Notes: generated from the letters alone by a model not told the origin. A stretch of DNA of 64,000 nucleotides from an uncultured Acidimicrobiia bacterium (GCA_963840175.1 CAWIXU010000004.1:9288-73287); one strand, 5' to 3'; positions 21,912 to 34,322 are shown, counted from the stretch's first letter. Translations and numbers: made by a program.

Positions 21912-23462
21912 GAGCGGCATGTTCCCATGCTTTTTCTGGGGGAGGTGCTCGCGTTTGGTGCGCAGCATCTCTAGCGCCCGGATGAGCTTGCCGCGGGTCT
22001 CGCGTGGCTCGATCACCTCATCGACCAGACCGAGTTCGGCTGCCCGATAGGGATTGTTGAATTGCTCCTCATAGTCGTGGATCAGCTCGGTTCGCTTTTC
22101 CTGGGCGATCGGTGGCCTCGGCGAGCTCGCGTCGGAAGATCACGTTGACCGCCCCCTGCGCACCCATCACGGCGATCTCGGCCGACGGCCAGGCAAAGAC
22201 CATGTCAGCACGAATGCCGCGGGCATTCATAACGAGGTAGGCCCCTCCGTAGGCCTTGCGCGTGATCACCGTCACCCGCGGCACGGTCGCTTCGCAGTAG
22301 GCGTAGAGGAGCTTGGCGCCGTGGCGAATGATGCCTCCGTGCTCCTGGCCGACGCCGGGAAGGAACCCGGGCACGTCGACGAAGGTGATCGAGAGGAATG
22401 TTGAACGAGTCGCAGAACCGCACGAAACGGGCCCCTTTCTCCGACGCCTCGATGTCGAGCGTCCCCGCCAGATGAGACGGCTGGTTGGCGACGATCCCGA
22501 CCGCCTGGCCATCGAGCCGTCCAAAACCGACGATGAGGTTGCGAGCCCAATGCTCGTGGACCTGAAAGAACTCGCCGTCGTCGACGACCAATTCGATCAG
22601 CGTGACCATGTCGTAGGGCTGGTTGGGCGAGTCGGGGATGATCGTGTCGAGGACATCTTCGAGCCGGTCGCGACTGTCGGTAGGGGGGAAGTAGGGCGGC
22701 ATCTCGAGGTTGTTCTGGGGGAAGAAGCTGAGCATGTAGCGCACCGCGTCGAGAGCGGTGCTTCCGTTCGGGAACACGAAGTGGGTCACGCCGGAAATGC
22801 TGGCGTGGGTGAAGGCACCACCGAGTTCTTCCATCGCTACCTCTTCGCCGGTGACGGCTTTGATGACATCGGGACCGGTGATGAACATGTGCGACGACCC
22901 GTCGACCTGGATGACGAAGTCCGTCATGGCCGGGGAGTACACGGCCCCGCCCGCGCACGGCCCCATGATCACCGAGATCTGCGGGATCACCCCCGAAGCG
23001 CGCACGTTGCGCTCGAAGATGCGGCCGTACCCGTCGAGGGAAGCAGACCCCCTCCTGAATGCGGGCGCCGCCGGAGTCCTTGAGACCGATGATCGGCGCT
23101 CCAACCTCCATCGCCAGATCCATCAGCTTGCAGATCTTGTCGGCCACCGCCCGGCCGAGTGATCCGCCGAAAACCGTGAAGTCCTCCGCGTAGACAAAGA
23201 CGGTCCGTCCGTCGATCGTGCCGTAGCCGGTGACCACCGCGTCCCCCGGGGGGCGCTTTTGCTCGATGCCGAACCCCGATGGACTGGTGACGGACAAACA
23301 TGTCCATCTCCTGAAAGCTGCCCTTGTCGAGCAGGTGGTCGATCCGCTCTCGAGCGGTGAGCTTGCCCTGCTCGTGCTGGCGGTCGACCGCTCGCCGGCT
23401 CCCGGCGTGATGGGCCTCATCTCGAGTTTGCGTAGTTGCTCGATGCGGGCTTCGGTGCCCAC
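21912..23462 (-). CDS. accD: Acyl-CoA carboxylase beta subunit (carboxyltransferase, PccB/AccD5-like), several frameshifts
   Basis: [19 protein letters not shown] in frame 22987..23763. [39 protein letters not shown] in ORF 22272..23462. C-terminal half in ORFs 22205..23104 and 22069..22524. Stop is 2 nt before the accA start. Confidence 0.85.
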
Positions 23463-23475
23463 CAGCCTCCTCCGT

Positions 23476-24035
23476 ATGCTCTCCAGGGCCGGGATGTCTA
23501 CACCCTATTCGTCCCACGTTTACGAGGAAGTCACCTCGACCCAGGACGTTGCCCGTTCGCTCGGGATCGACAGGTCCGATCCTGGTGATTGCCGCCCGCC
23601 AGACCGAGGGTCGCGGACGGTCGGGCGCGAGCTGGGAAACGGCTCCGCGAGCCCTGGCCGCGAGCCTCCACTTCGCGCCGCGGAGCCTCGGGTGGCCCGC
23701 TGACCGTTGGACGCTGATTCCGCTGGCGACCGGCATCGCCGTCGCACGCTCTTTGCAGCTCAAATCTGAAGTGGCCCAACGATCTCCTGGTCGCGCCGGA
23801 AGAGAAGGTCGGAGGCATCCTGGTCGAGGCGACCGGTCAGACGATGACGATCGGCGTCGGGGTCAATCTCTGGTGGCCGGACCCTCCAGCCGAACGGGCT
23901 GCGACTATGGACCGACGATCCCGGTGCCTGAGGCTCTCACCGCGCCTCGGCGAGACCGTTGGCGAGGCGGTCTGGGAAGAGCTCGGTAACGGCGCCGAGG
24001 CTGGAGCTACGACGACTACTGCCGGGCCTGCTTGA
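23476..24035 (+). CDS. birA: Biotin--[acetyl-CoA-carboxylase] ligase, frameshifted; divergent from accD
   Basis: N-terminus [29 protein letters not shown] in ORF 23230..23703. Biotin-binding motif [23 protein letters not shown] in ORF 23549..23989. C-terminus in ORF 23844..24035. Confidence 0.6.
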
Positions 24036-24112
24036 CACTCGGCAGCGAAATCACTTGGGGGCGAAAACCGAACGCGGCAACCGATCGCTTCGCGATCGAC
24101 CGCACGGATGGG

Positions 24113-24903
24113 TCACTCGTAGTCGAGGAATCCGCGTGCGCCGGCGCAAATCCGCAACTGCCGGCGAGTGTGACGCCTCAACCCGTCCGTTAGCCCAGGT
24201 CCTCGGTGACGGCTGGCGGCAGAGGTGGATCGGAAGAACTCAAGCAAACGGGCGGACATGTCGGCGCCGGCTCCACTGTCGAACTCGGGAGATTCTTCGT
24301 TCCAGAAGTCGTGTCCGGCGCCTTCATAAAGGAGCCAGGTGCCATGCCCGTTGCGATTCTGCGCCTCGTCGACGGTGTCGTTGTCGATCAGCTGGTCGCT
24401 CTCGCCGTAGAGGCCGAGGACCGCGACCGGCAGACTTCCCAGGTAGGTCGGCCACCTGATGCTCGCGCTCCTCGTCGCCCGTAAGCGGGGTGGACGACCA
24501 CGGCCACCGAACCCACCCAGGGTCGCGTGGCGGCCGCGATCAAGGCCGGCCGACCACCGACGTCGATACCGAGCAGCCCAACCTTCTCCGGCAAGCGCCC
24601 AGAAGACGTCGTCGCTCTGGAGGAACTCGTATGTCTCCTCGAGCATCACCATCACCTCTCGATCGCTCGTTTCGGAGTAGGCAGCAAGGGCGTCGTCACC
24701 GGCTACCGCGAACAGTTCCACCACGACGGCTCGCGATCCCGTTGCGGGCCAGATCGCCGGGCAAGGGATTTCTCCCCGGAGGAGAGGCCCCCGAGCCCCG
24801 GGAAAGACGAGAACGACCGGAAAACGTCCCGGCTTCGTCGGGGCGGGAAAGGTACCCCGGCCGATAGCCGCGCTCCGATCGGCACCGCGCTGGGCGCCAT
24901 ACA
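24113..24903 (-). CDS. Dienelactone hydrolase family alpha/beta hydrolase, frameshifted
   Basis: ORFs 24113..24940 and 24388..24594 (IGVDVGGRPALIAAATRPWVGSVAVVVHPAYG resembles the DLH nucleophile region). Confidence 0.5.
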
Positions 24904-25054
24904 TGATTGAAAAAGTGCCCTCGTGGGGAAGTACTGCCAAAGGTTCTCCGGGTTGGTTTGGAGGAGGCTAGCGATTGTCGAATCCCATTGTCGTGCGCTC
25001 TCCGGGTGCAGATGGAACCGGCGTACCCGTATCATGCGTTCTTAGGGGTATTCG

Positions 25055-26377
25055 ATGACCACTGATCCCGATTCCAGTCCCCGTTTCAACGCGTCCACCC
25101 GCTCCCAACGGCCGCTGGTGGAAGCGCCTGGTGATCGGACTTTCTGGTCCTCGCCAACCTGGCTGTTGGCCTGGTTCTCTTCGCCCTCCACTCGAGCCAG
25201 GCCGCATTTGTCGCCAACGCCACCCAGAACACGGACGTCACTCCCGAACTGACGTTCGGCCCACCGCCAAGTCAGAGCCGCTCACGTTTTTGGTGATCGG
25301 CTCCGACACCCGTGAGGGCCTCGACAGCCTGCAGAACTTCGGCGAGTCGGAGGGGGCGCGCGGCGACGTGATCATGCTGATCAAGCTCTACCCCGATGGC
25401 GGCCGCGCCCAGATCCTCTCGCTTCCCCGGGACCTCCTGGTCGACATTCCCGGCCAGGGCACCGATCGAATCAATGCCGCATACGCCTTCGGTGGCGCTC
25501 CGCTGATGGTCCGCACCGTCGGGCAAGCGACCGGTCTCCCCGATCCACCACTACGTCGAGATCGATTTCGTCGGCTTCCAGTCGCTGGTCGACGAGATCG
25601 GAGGCGTCTACATCGACTTTCCCTACGCGGCCCGTGACGCCAACAGCGGATTGTCCGTCGAAGCGGCCGGCAGCTGCTCGACGGCTCCCAGGCTCTCGCC
25701 TATCGCCCGGTCGCGCCACTACGAGGAATTGCAGGACGACACCTGGGTCAGGTCGACGCCGACGACATCGGCCGCACCCGGCGCCAGCAGAGCCTGATCC
25801 TGGCGATCCTCTCGGAGCGTCAAGACTCCTTCGACCCTGACCGAAGCAGGATCGATCGTGGCGTCTTTGCCCAGCACCTGACTGTCGACTCGGCATTCGC
25901 CCGATCGTCGCTGGTCGAGTTGGCCTTTCGGATGCGTTGCATCTCGGCCGCGACGATGGAGACGGCAACCTTGCCCGGTTTACATCGACGACTACGAAGG
26001 CATGTCAGTCGTGAGCATGAGCCATCCTGAGGCGGACAGCATGATCGTCGCCTTTGCCGAACGGGTCAGCCGCTGCAGCGCCGATGACCGAGGCGCTTCG
26101 TTTGCAGGTCCTCAACGGCAACGGAATCAAGGGCTCTGCCGGGCGATGGGCGACCTCCTCGAGGAACAGGGTTTCGAGGTTGCTTCGGTCGGCGATGCCG
26201 AGCGGAACGACTTCGAGACCACGACCGTCATCGTTCGTCCCGGAGGCCTTCGGCCGGCTCAAGCGCTCGTCGACGCCCTTGGGTTCGGCGAGGTTTCGAC
26301 TGGCAGTCTTGACCGACGGCATCGACGCCGTGGTCATCGTCGGATTGGATGCTGACAGGACGGCCCAGACCGGTTAG
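25055..26377 (+). CDS. LytR-CpsA-Psr (LCP) family cell-wall glycopolymer transferase with C-terminal LytR_C domain, frameshifted
   Basis: LCP core (GSDTREGLDS...GDVIMLIKLYPDGGRAQILSLPRDLLVDIPGQGTDRINAAYAFGG...VEIDFVGFQSLVDEIGGVYIDFPYAARD) in ORF 25131..25637 and shifted continuations. LytR_C domain (LRLQVLNGNGIKGSAGR...TTVIVRPGG) in ORFs 26002..26355 and 26054..26377. Confidence 0.8.
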
Positions 26378-26417
26378 CTTTTCCAAACGGGGCGGTATCG
26401 CAGGGGAGTCAATCGGA

Positions 26418-27681
26418 TGAAAATTTCTGTTATTGGGGCCGGTTACGTCGGTCTTGTGACCGCCGCCGGACTGGCCCGCCTCGGTCATGAAGTGGCTCTG
26501 GGAGAAGCCGATGCCCGATCGTGTGCGTCGTCTCGAGAACGGCGAGGTCCCGATATTCGAGAGTGGGCTTGACGAGCTGATCCACTGGGCCCGCGCGTCC
26601 CGCCGTCTCACCTTCCACGCATCCAATCGATGCAGTCAAAGGCGCCGATTTGGTCTTCCTGTGCCTTCCGACCCCGGCCGGCGAGGACGGCCGCGCCGAT
26701 CTGACGTTCGTCGAGGCGTCGTCGACGAACTGGCGCACTCGTCGAACCCGACACGGTCTTCGTCGTGAAGTCGACGGTCCCGCCGGGGACAGCCAGGTCG
26801 CTTCAGAAACGATCTCCAATCCTCGGAAGTGAGGCAGCGGTCGTCTCTCATCCGGAGTTTCTACGGGAAGGAAGTGCCGTCCGACTTCCTGGATCCGGAC
26901 CGGATCGTGATTGGAGCCGTCGATCCCACATGGCCAAGTCGGTCACCTCGCTCTACGACAGTCTCGACACCGAGGTCGTCACCACCGACCCGACGTCGGC
27001 GGAGATGATCAAATACGCCTCCAACTCCTACCTCGCCACGCGGCTGACGTTTGCCAACACGCTCGCCAATCTTTGCGAGGCGGTCGGGGCGGACATTCTC
27101 GACGTCCTCGAACGGCGTCGGTCTCGATCATCGGATCGGGCCCCACTTCCTCAAGCCCGGCCCTGGCTACGGAGGCTCGTGCTTCCCGAAGGACACGCTC
27201 GCGCTCATCGGCGTCGCCGAGGACGCCGGCTATGACTTCAAGCTCCTCAAGGCGGTAATCGACGCCGACGAGGAACAGCGTCGGCGGGTCGCCAACAAAG
27301 TCAAGGCTGCCGCCGGTGGGGTCTGCGGGGACGTCGGATCGCGATGTGGGGTGTTGCTTTCAAGGCCGGCACCGACGACGTCCGAGAATCACCCGCCACG
27401 CGGATTGCCGCTCCTGATCGAAGGAGGGGCCGAGGTCATGTCCTACGACCCTGAGGCTCACGCTCCGAACATTCGCCATGCCGACTCTGCGCTCGAGGCG
27501 GTCGACGGGGCCGATGTTCTGTTGATCGCCACGGAGTGGCCCGAGTTCGCCAAGGTCGATTTCGACGAGGTGGCAGCGCGGATGCGCGGCCACCGGATCG
27601 TCGATGCCCGCAATCTGCTCGACCCCGGCAGTGCGGGCCGCCGGTCTCGACTACTCGGGCCTGGGACGGCCCAACGCCTAG
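26418..27681 (+). CDS. ugd: UDP-glucose 6-dehydrogenase, frameshifted
   Basis: MKISVIGAGYVGLVTAAGLARLGHEV at 26418. Catalytic GYGGSCFPKD in ORF 27051..27722. C-terminus after a 1-nt correction reads ...NLLDPAVLRAAGLDYSGLGRPNA with stop near 27679. Confidence 0.85.
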
Positions 27682-27730
27682 CGAACACATATCGGCGCTT
27701 GCCGGTCGCACCAGATCGGTAGCCCGGCCA

Positions 27731-28378
27731 TCACCCCGGGGTAGGAAACGCCCTTATCAACGCGGCCGGGGTGCCAGCAGCCTTGCCGATGGCGAGTTCG
27801 GCGGCCGCGGCCAGCTCGTCGGCGATCGCTATCTCGGTGACCTCGAGCACGCGGCCGTTCATGTCGGGCGTGCCACGAAGGTCGAGGATCGGCAGCATTC
27901 CTGAGACTCCAATCGCCACGTCGACCAGGCCCATGCGCCAGGCCCGACCGAAGGTGTCGGTGACGATGACGGCGATCTCAATCCCAAATTCCCGTTCGAC
28001 GCGGATGCGGATGCGGTGCGCGGACCGGTCGGGATCGGCCGGCAGCAACACCACCTGATCATCGAGCACGTTGGAACGATCGACGCCGGCATTCGCACAG
28101 ACGAATCCGTGCCGGGTCACAGTGATCACCATGGGCGCCCCGTCGACGAAGGATGGACACCGCTTCCCGTTCGACGACGTCCCGATAGTCCTCTTCGGTG
28201 GGGGCGTCGGCCACGGCTCCTTCGGCTTTGGAGACGACCTTTTGCGTTACGACCAGGACGTCGCCGTCGGCTGGACCGAGGGGTCGCAGAGCTTCGATCA
28301 GCAAGCCGGCGCAGGTCATCGCCGGGTCGAACCTCGCCGATGCCGGTCAGCGGGTGAGATCGTGATGATCATCAAGCT
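27731..28378 (-). CDS. cofE: Coenzyme F420-0:L-glutamate ligase (CofE domain only), frameshifted
   Basis: ORF 27731..28132 (VTRHGFVCANAGVDRSN...VTDTFGRAWRMGLVDVAIG). N-terminal part in ORF 28059..28319 (GDVLVVTQKVVSKAEG). Confidence 0.7.
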
Positions 28379-28384
28379 TGGCGA

Positions 28385-29278
28385 TCTCGAGGACCCGTGG
28401 GCCAACTTGGTGGAGGCGGCGACGTCATCCATTCGGGTGTTCGCCGTGTGGATCCGCGGCCGTTTGTCGGTGTTCATCCTCGCTGTCGCTTTCGTCGATG
28501 ACGAGGTCGGTGAGGAGTCCCGAGTAGGACGGAGATCGACGCCGGCAGTATCCGCACCGTGACCCATCGACACCAAGCACTCGGTGGGCCGGTCCTTTGA
28601 GCGCGTGCCTCCGATCAGGGGCTCACGCCGATCACCTGCTCATGGCGGCAATCGTGTCGGCCACACCGGGCACGGCCAGGATCGGCCAGATCGATAGGAC
28701 CGGGTTCGAGGGGCCGATGACGACTACGTCGCTCTGCCGGCCAAGGCCTCCATGACCCCGGGCGCCGGCCGGCAGAAACCCGCTCCGCGGAAGCGCACGT
28801 CGCTCACTTCGTCGGCGTGGCGACGGAAGTACGAAATACTCCTGGAAGGAGATCCAGCCTTCACCGGCGAATCCGGACTTCGGTCCGCAGCGGGTCGTCG
28901 GTCACGGGCAGGATGGTGGCCGCGATCCCAAAGGCCGAGGCCAGCGCGGTCGTCACCCAGGTCAGCGACCACCCCGCAAGAAGACGATCCGTGCGAAACA
29001 GGTTGGTGGCAAGGTCGCTGTCTCCGATCCGGAATGTCGTGTCGATCGGCAGAGCGATCGAGGGCCTTCATCGCCGCGAAGGGATCATCGGCCAGGCCCC
29101 AACCGTGCGGCCCCTCGCGCCCCGCCATGGTGTAGATGATCGTGTCGATGTCGGGCGAGACCGCCAAGCCGTAGATGCGGTCGTCGTCGCCGACGTTGGC
29201 GATCACGGTCAATTCGTGGTCGGGCAGAGCCGCAAATCCACGGGCGAGCTTCGCCCCGCCCACTCCTCCTGAAAGCAT
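28385..29278 (-). CDS. cofD: 2-phospho-L-lactate transferase (CofD/FbiA), frameshifted
   Basis: ORF 28724..29551 contains MLSGGVGGAKLARGFAALPDHELTVIANVGDDDRIYGLAVSPDIDTIIYTMAG...EVSDVRFRGAGFCRPAPGVMEALAG. The tail continues in another frame to about 28385. Confidence 0.75.
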
Positions 29279-29440
29279 TGTCACCCGCACAGCGTGCCTC
29301 CCGACCTCGCTGAGAAGCTTGGCAGTCTCGAGAGAGATTGCAGTCGAAGTTAGGCTGCTCCACAATGATCCGGTCCATGAGCAGTCCGCCGCTTTCGTCG
29401 GCCGCTCCTTCCTCTGGCACATCGCAGGCTGTCGCCCGCG

Positions 29441-32039
29441 GTGGCCGTCGCGATCCTGGCCGCTGACGGCATCGATCCCCAGGGAACCCTGCAGGCCCTT
29501 CGCTCGCAAGTTTATGCGCCAACCCAGACTCTGGTCGTGGGCGGTGCCCACTGGTCGGAAAGGGTCGTGCGAGACAGCTCAGACGTGCTCGCGGCACTGG
29601 CACCTGACGTCTCCTTCGTGTGGTGGGTGCACGGCGATACGCGTCCGCGGCCGGACGCTCTGGGCGGGTTGGTCCGCGAGCTCGACCGCACGGAGGCCGC
29701 TGTCGCGGGGTCGAAGATTCTCATCGACGGCGGCAGCGATCGCCTGATTAGTCGGTCGGTGGGGCAACTGACGTCTACGGCGACGTCTACACCGGGCTCG
29801 ATCCCGACGAGCTCGACCTCGAGCAGTACGACGTGGTCCGTGAGGTCTCCTACGTCTCGGCTGTCTCGTTGTTGGTGCGACGCGATCTGTCTGCGCGGCC
29901 TCGGTGGATTCGACCCTGCCCTCGCTCCGCAAGCGTCGAGCATCGACTTTTGTCAGCGGGTGCGTCTCGCAGGAGGAAGAGTCGTCGTGGTTCCGTCCTC
30001 TGAGGTCTTCCACCAGTCTCCTTGCGCGGCCGAGGCTCCCGGGATGGAAGGAGCAAGGCGGTCGCAACAAGGCGATGCTGGTTGCCTATTCGCCGCTGAC
30101 CCTCGCCTGGGTGGTTCCGATCGGGCGCGCTTGTCGGCTTGCTCGATGGGCTGTCGCAACTCGTTCTCGGCAGGTTCCGACCATCTGCTGGCGACGATCG
30201 CCTCGTGGTTTTGGACCCTCGGCCAGGTGCCGTCGGTCATCGCGGCCCGGGCGCGCATGCGCCGGATCAGGGCGGTGGGAGATGAGGAGCTCTTTCGATT
30301 TCAGGTCAGCGGTTCGTCACGTCTGCGGCGCACTTTCTCCGAACTCGGTGATCGCTTCAACACGGCGATTGACGAGGAGGAGAGCGGGTCCTTGGCCGAA
30401 CGAGCTACGAGTGCTTGGCGGCGACCCATCGGCGGGTCTCTCGGCATTGTCTCCGGCCTTGGCGTCCTGGTTGCGTACTCGTTCGATCTGGTTCAGCGGT
30501 CCGCCTGAGGTGGGCTTCGCGCTGCCACCGTCGGGTTTGAGTGGGTTGGTCGCCTCCTACGGCGGCGGACCCAATCCGGCGGGTTTCGGGTCCGATTTGG
30601 TGGTCCCGCCGGTCGTCGGCCTCGGTTCGATCTGCCTATCCTCTTGCTCGGCCGCCGACCGAATCTGGCCTCCGCCCTTTTGCTTGCTGGCCGCGATCGC
30701 CCTCGCCCTCCTGGGCATGGCGCGACTGGCCCGACGGATGGGGGCAGGGTCGCTCGCGGGCGTTCGTCGCCGGCTGGGTCTACGTGGCCGGGGCGACGAC
30801 GGCCGCGGTCGATGCGACCGCCAACTGGCCCGCGCTGATGGCTGTCGGACCCTTGCCCTGGGCGATCGAGGCGATCGTTGCTCCTCCTGTCCAGGGTCGT
30901 CGACGGGTCGGCCGGTTGGCCGCGGCCGGGTTCGCCGCGGGCTTTGTGGCGATCGCTTTTCCGCCGCTTCTCTGGTCGTGGTCGCGCGAGCGGTTTGCTT
31001 TGGGCCGTCGTCGCCCGCCGTTTCGGGGCCGCTGGCCTCGGTCTCGCGGCGACTGCTCTCGGCTGCTCTCTGATCCTCCCCTATGTGTTGGGGGCCGATC
31101 TCAACGACGTGCTCTTTGCCGGCAAGCTCCGCCCCGATATCGCCAACGAGTGGCTCTGGCTGGCGGGGATCGGGCTCGGCTTCGCGGTCGCCGCCCTCTC
31201 TTCGCCGCGGACCCGGCTGCCTCGATCTGGTGGGCGGGAATCATGGCCGCGGCGGGTTATCTCGTTTCGCAGAGTCCCGACGTTGCCCCCGGGGTGGTGG
31301 TCGTGGCGTTGATGGCTGCGCGATTGGGGCCGGCGTGCTTGCGGCCAGTCTCATCGAAGTCGAGGCCGCGACCGAAGCTGCTCGGCGGTCTCGCGGCCGC
31401 GCTTCTCGCTATTGCCAGCCGTCCTCACCATCGCCCAGGGACGCTTTGGACTTCCCGGCCGATCGTTGGACCGACCGGCTCGACTTCGTGACCACGTTGA
31501 GCGCCGACGAGGCCCAGGCCGCGCCCTGCTCATCGGGCCCCGTGGATCTTTGCCTGGCCGTGCTCGGTCTCTGTTCGGGTTCGACTATCGCACGATCGAC
31601 GGGGGCCAGACAACACTGACCCAGGCGTATCTGTCGAGTCCCGGCCCCCTCGATGACGAGCTTGCTGGGTGATCAACGATCATCTACTGGCCGGAGTCGA
31701 TCTCCGACCGGGTGCCGCGCCTGGCCCGGCTCGGCATCGAGTGGCTTGTGCTCGTCCCCGGCTCCGAGTTCCCGACCGAGATCCTCAATCGGCAGATCGA
31801 TCTCGTGGCCCGACCGGTCGACACCGATCTCGCGGTTTATCAGAACCTCTCCTACCGGCCGGCGGACCTCGCTCCGGCGTGGGACGGGGTCGGAGCTGGC
31901 GCGCACGCGCCGGCTGGGGTCGGGGGCCTTGCTCGTCGTGCTCGTCGCGGTCGCCTACTGGGGACGCAACCGGGGCCGGCAAGTTCCGATCGTGGAGCCG
32001 GTCCCGAGCCAGTGGATCGGGCCGGTGAGCGTCGGATGA
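29441..32039 (+). CDS. Family 2 glycosyltransferase (WbbL-like rhamnosyltransferase-type N-domain) fused to a large polytopic membrane domain; heavily frameshifted
   Basis: GT-A domain in ORF 29441..30508 (VSFVWWVHGDTRPRPDALGGLVREL...GSKILIDGG...LGGFDPALAPQASSIDFCQRVRLAGGRVVVVPSSEV). TM-rich pieces in ORFs 29904..31073, 30541..31491, 30878..31312 and 31083..31619. Apparent C-terminal segment in ORF 31712 (IEWLVLVPGSEFPTEILNRQIDLVARPVDTDLAVYQNLSY). Confidence 0.45.
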
Positions 32040-33326
32040 GCGAGCGCGTAGCCCGCTGGGGCATCGTGTTGGTCGTCGTTCGCCGCACTGCTTTTCGGCT
32101 TCTTGCTTCCCGGCCGGCCCGGCGCCGGTCGTCGATCCAGCTGACGATCCCCGGTGACCCGCCCCTATGTGACCTGTGCCGCGGCTCTGGCCGGGTCGGG
32201 ATTCGAATCGACGGTGGGTGTGGTGACCGACTCATCCGTCAGCGGGACGCTCAGCGGGGTGGGGGTCGACAGCCCGGGCGACGACTTCGAACTGAGGGCG
32301 ACGAAAGCTTTCGCTTCGAGGTTGGGAGCGTGGCCGAGCTCGGCGTCACCCCGATCCTGGTTGAACGATTCACCGGTGGCGACCTGGGCGCGGGCGTTCT
32401 AGGGCGAGCAGGTGCGCAGGCGTCGACCGCCGGGTGCCAGCCGGCCAGTTCCGCTCCGGTCGCTTTGCTGGGCATGGCCACAAACGAGGGCGAGCAATCG
32501 ACGGTCGTGCTCGCCAATCCCTTCGCGGTCGAGGCCAGCGGCCGGTTGGTGGGGTCGTCGGAGTTTGGACTGGACATGGTCACCGAGCTCGAGTCCGTGC
32601 GGGTCCCGGCGCATTCGACGCTCACCTTGCCGCTCGGCCAGCTGATGGCCGGGCGTCAGCAGCTCGGCTTCACGCTCTACACCGACGGCGGAGCGATCGT
32701 GGCTGGCATGACCCGCTCGGGCGCAGACATCGCGACCTCGGAGGCGATCGCCGGCGCCCAGCAGTGGTTCGTTCCGCTTCCCGCCTTCGGTGTCCACGGA
32801 CAACTGATCGTTCGCAACCTCGCTTCGGTCGAGGCGACCTATCGCATCGACGCATTGAATCACGAAGGCGTGATCGAGGGCGTTGACAATGGCGCCCTTC
32901 CCCCCGACACCGAGTTCTGGCTTCAACTTCGAGGACCTTGGGGACAAGCGGCGGCTATCTCGTCACTGCCGACGAGCCGGTCGCGGTCGCGCTCGCTTAC
33001 GCGGGCGAGAACACCCGCATCGTTTCGACTGCATCTCCGACTGCCGACCGTCGCCTGGTTGGTACCCGTGTCGAGCAACGCCCCCGATTCCGAGACCGCG
33101 GTCTGGATCCTCAATCCCGAGGAGGCTGCGGTGACGGCGGAGGTGGCCGTCTTCGGCGGTGCCACCACCGAGTTCGAGGTTTCGACCGGGAACGACCTTT
33201 GGCCAGATCGTCCGCTTCAATGGCCGCGGCGGAATGATCACCGCCACCGGCGAGGTTGCGGTCTTCCACGGAGTCCTGAGCGACGGCGGCGCCGCGTCGA
33301 TGACTCTGGCTCATCCGCTCGAATGA
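32037..33326 (+). CDS. Membrane-anchored secreted protein, possibly DUF5719-like; frameshift near 33210
   Basis: Part of ORF 31712..33514, from MSERVARWGIVLVVV (TM anchor) through beta-rich segments. Ends ...VRFNGRGGMITATGEVAVFHGVLSDGGAASMTLAHPLE at 33326. The family call is from memory of the actinobacterial GT2/DUF5719 gene pair and is not checked. Confidence 0.35.
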
Positions 33327-33660
33327 GCGAGTTCACCCTTCGGCTGCTGGTCCTGGTGGCGCTCGCCGCGCTGGTTGCGGTGGCGGTGTTCTGGCAACGC
33401 CGGATGAAACGAGCGTCGCCCGTACTCCGGTTTTGCGTCCCGATCTCGGTGCCGGGATCCACTTCTTCGCCTCCGCTACCTGCCGACCGTGTCTCGACGC
33501 CCGCAAGGTGTTGACTCAGGCGTACGGCGAGCGGTTCAGTCGAGATCTCCTACGAAGACGATCCGACCCGTTTCGGCGAGCTCGGAATCTCGTCGGTCCC
33601 GACGGTCATGGTCCTTGACGGCGACGGCAACGGCCTCCTCTGGGAGGGCGTTCCCCGCGC
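33323..33660 (+). CDS. Small membrane-anchored thioredoxin-like protein (CxxC), frameshifted
   Basis: MSEFTLRLLVLVALAALVAVAVFW (TM), then GIHFFASATCRPCLDARKVL (ORF 33433..33618), then ...ISSVPTVMVLDGDGNGLLWEGVP in a further frame. Confidence 0.3.
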
Positions 33661-33731
33661 CCTCCGATCTCCCCCGCTGACCGTACGGTCGCTGGTGGAA
33701 AGGCCACAACGAATCCTCCAAGCGTTCTACC

Positions 33732-33959
33732 GTGCTCACGGTGTTCCCCAGCTGTCTCCGCTGTCCGTCACCGGCCTCGGCCGTGATGATGTACTCGTAT
33801 CCCGACCAGCACATGTGGGTCGAGGACCTCGCTGTCACCGACGTTCCTTCCTACGCCCTGTGCAGCGACCATTCCGCCCGTCTCAGCCCGCCGCGCGGTT
33901 GGACCTTGACCGATCGCCGGACCGTCGCCCGGCTCTTCGCCCCGCTCGAAGTGGCCTAG
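33732..33959 (+). CDS. DUF3499-family zinc-ribbon protein
   Basis: ORF 33732..33959 (CLRCPSPASAVMMYSYPDQHMWVEDLAVTDVPSYALCSDHSARLSPPRGWTL). Matches the pattern of the DUF3499 proteins found next to manB/pmmA in Actinobacteria (Mtb Rv3258c). Confidence 0.55.
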   Translation: MLTVFPSCLRCPSPASAVMMYSYPDQHMWVEDLAVTDVPSYALCSDHSARLSPPRGWTLTDRRTVARLFAPLEVA

Positions 33960-33965
33960 CCGGCC

Positions 33966-34236
33966 TTGGCGCTCGACCGCGACCTGCTTGACGCGGTACG
34001 CGACCTCGATGCACACGATCTGCGCCGGTTGCTGATCCTCACCCAGGCCCAGCTCGAGACGCGACGGGGTCTTCAACTCGGCCAAACGGCCCAAGATCAG
34101 AATGCGGAGCCAAATGGTCAAATGCGGCAAGGCCAGTTGCGCCGCCTGCCCCCATGGCCCCTATTGGTACGCCGTTTGGTGGGAAGACGGCGTCCGCCGA
34201 ACCCGTTACGTCGGGCGCCTGCTCCAAGACGAATAG
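33966..34236 (+). CDS. Small hypothetical protein with C-terminal zinc-ribbon-like CGKASCAACPHGPYWY motif, one frameshift
   Basis: LALDRDLLDAVRDLDAHDLRRLLILTQAQLETRRGL (frame of ORF 33966), then after a +1 shift AKRPKIRMRSQMVKCGKASCAACPHGPYWYAVWWEDGVRRTRYVGRLLQDE with stop near 34234. Confidence 0.35.
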
Positions 34237-34322
34237 AACGGCCGCCCAAGCGCACCAATCCAGGCCGGTCGCGGCAGCGAAAACCAGGTAGAAATCCGTC
34301 GTCCGATAGAATCCCCGCCTTC

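Noticed and set aside
22313-23083. 256-aa plus-strand ORF opposite accD, and similar long antisense ORFs (777..1520 minus, 39780..40823 minus, 63180..63797 minus, 9836..10399 minus, 32399..32947 minus)
   Set aside because: These are R/G/P/A-rich translations on the strand opposite clearly conserved genes, an expected artefact of ~70% GC and stop-codon depletion.
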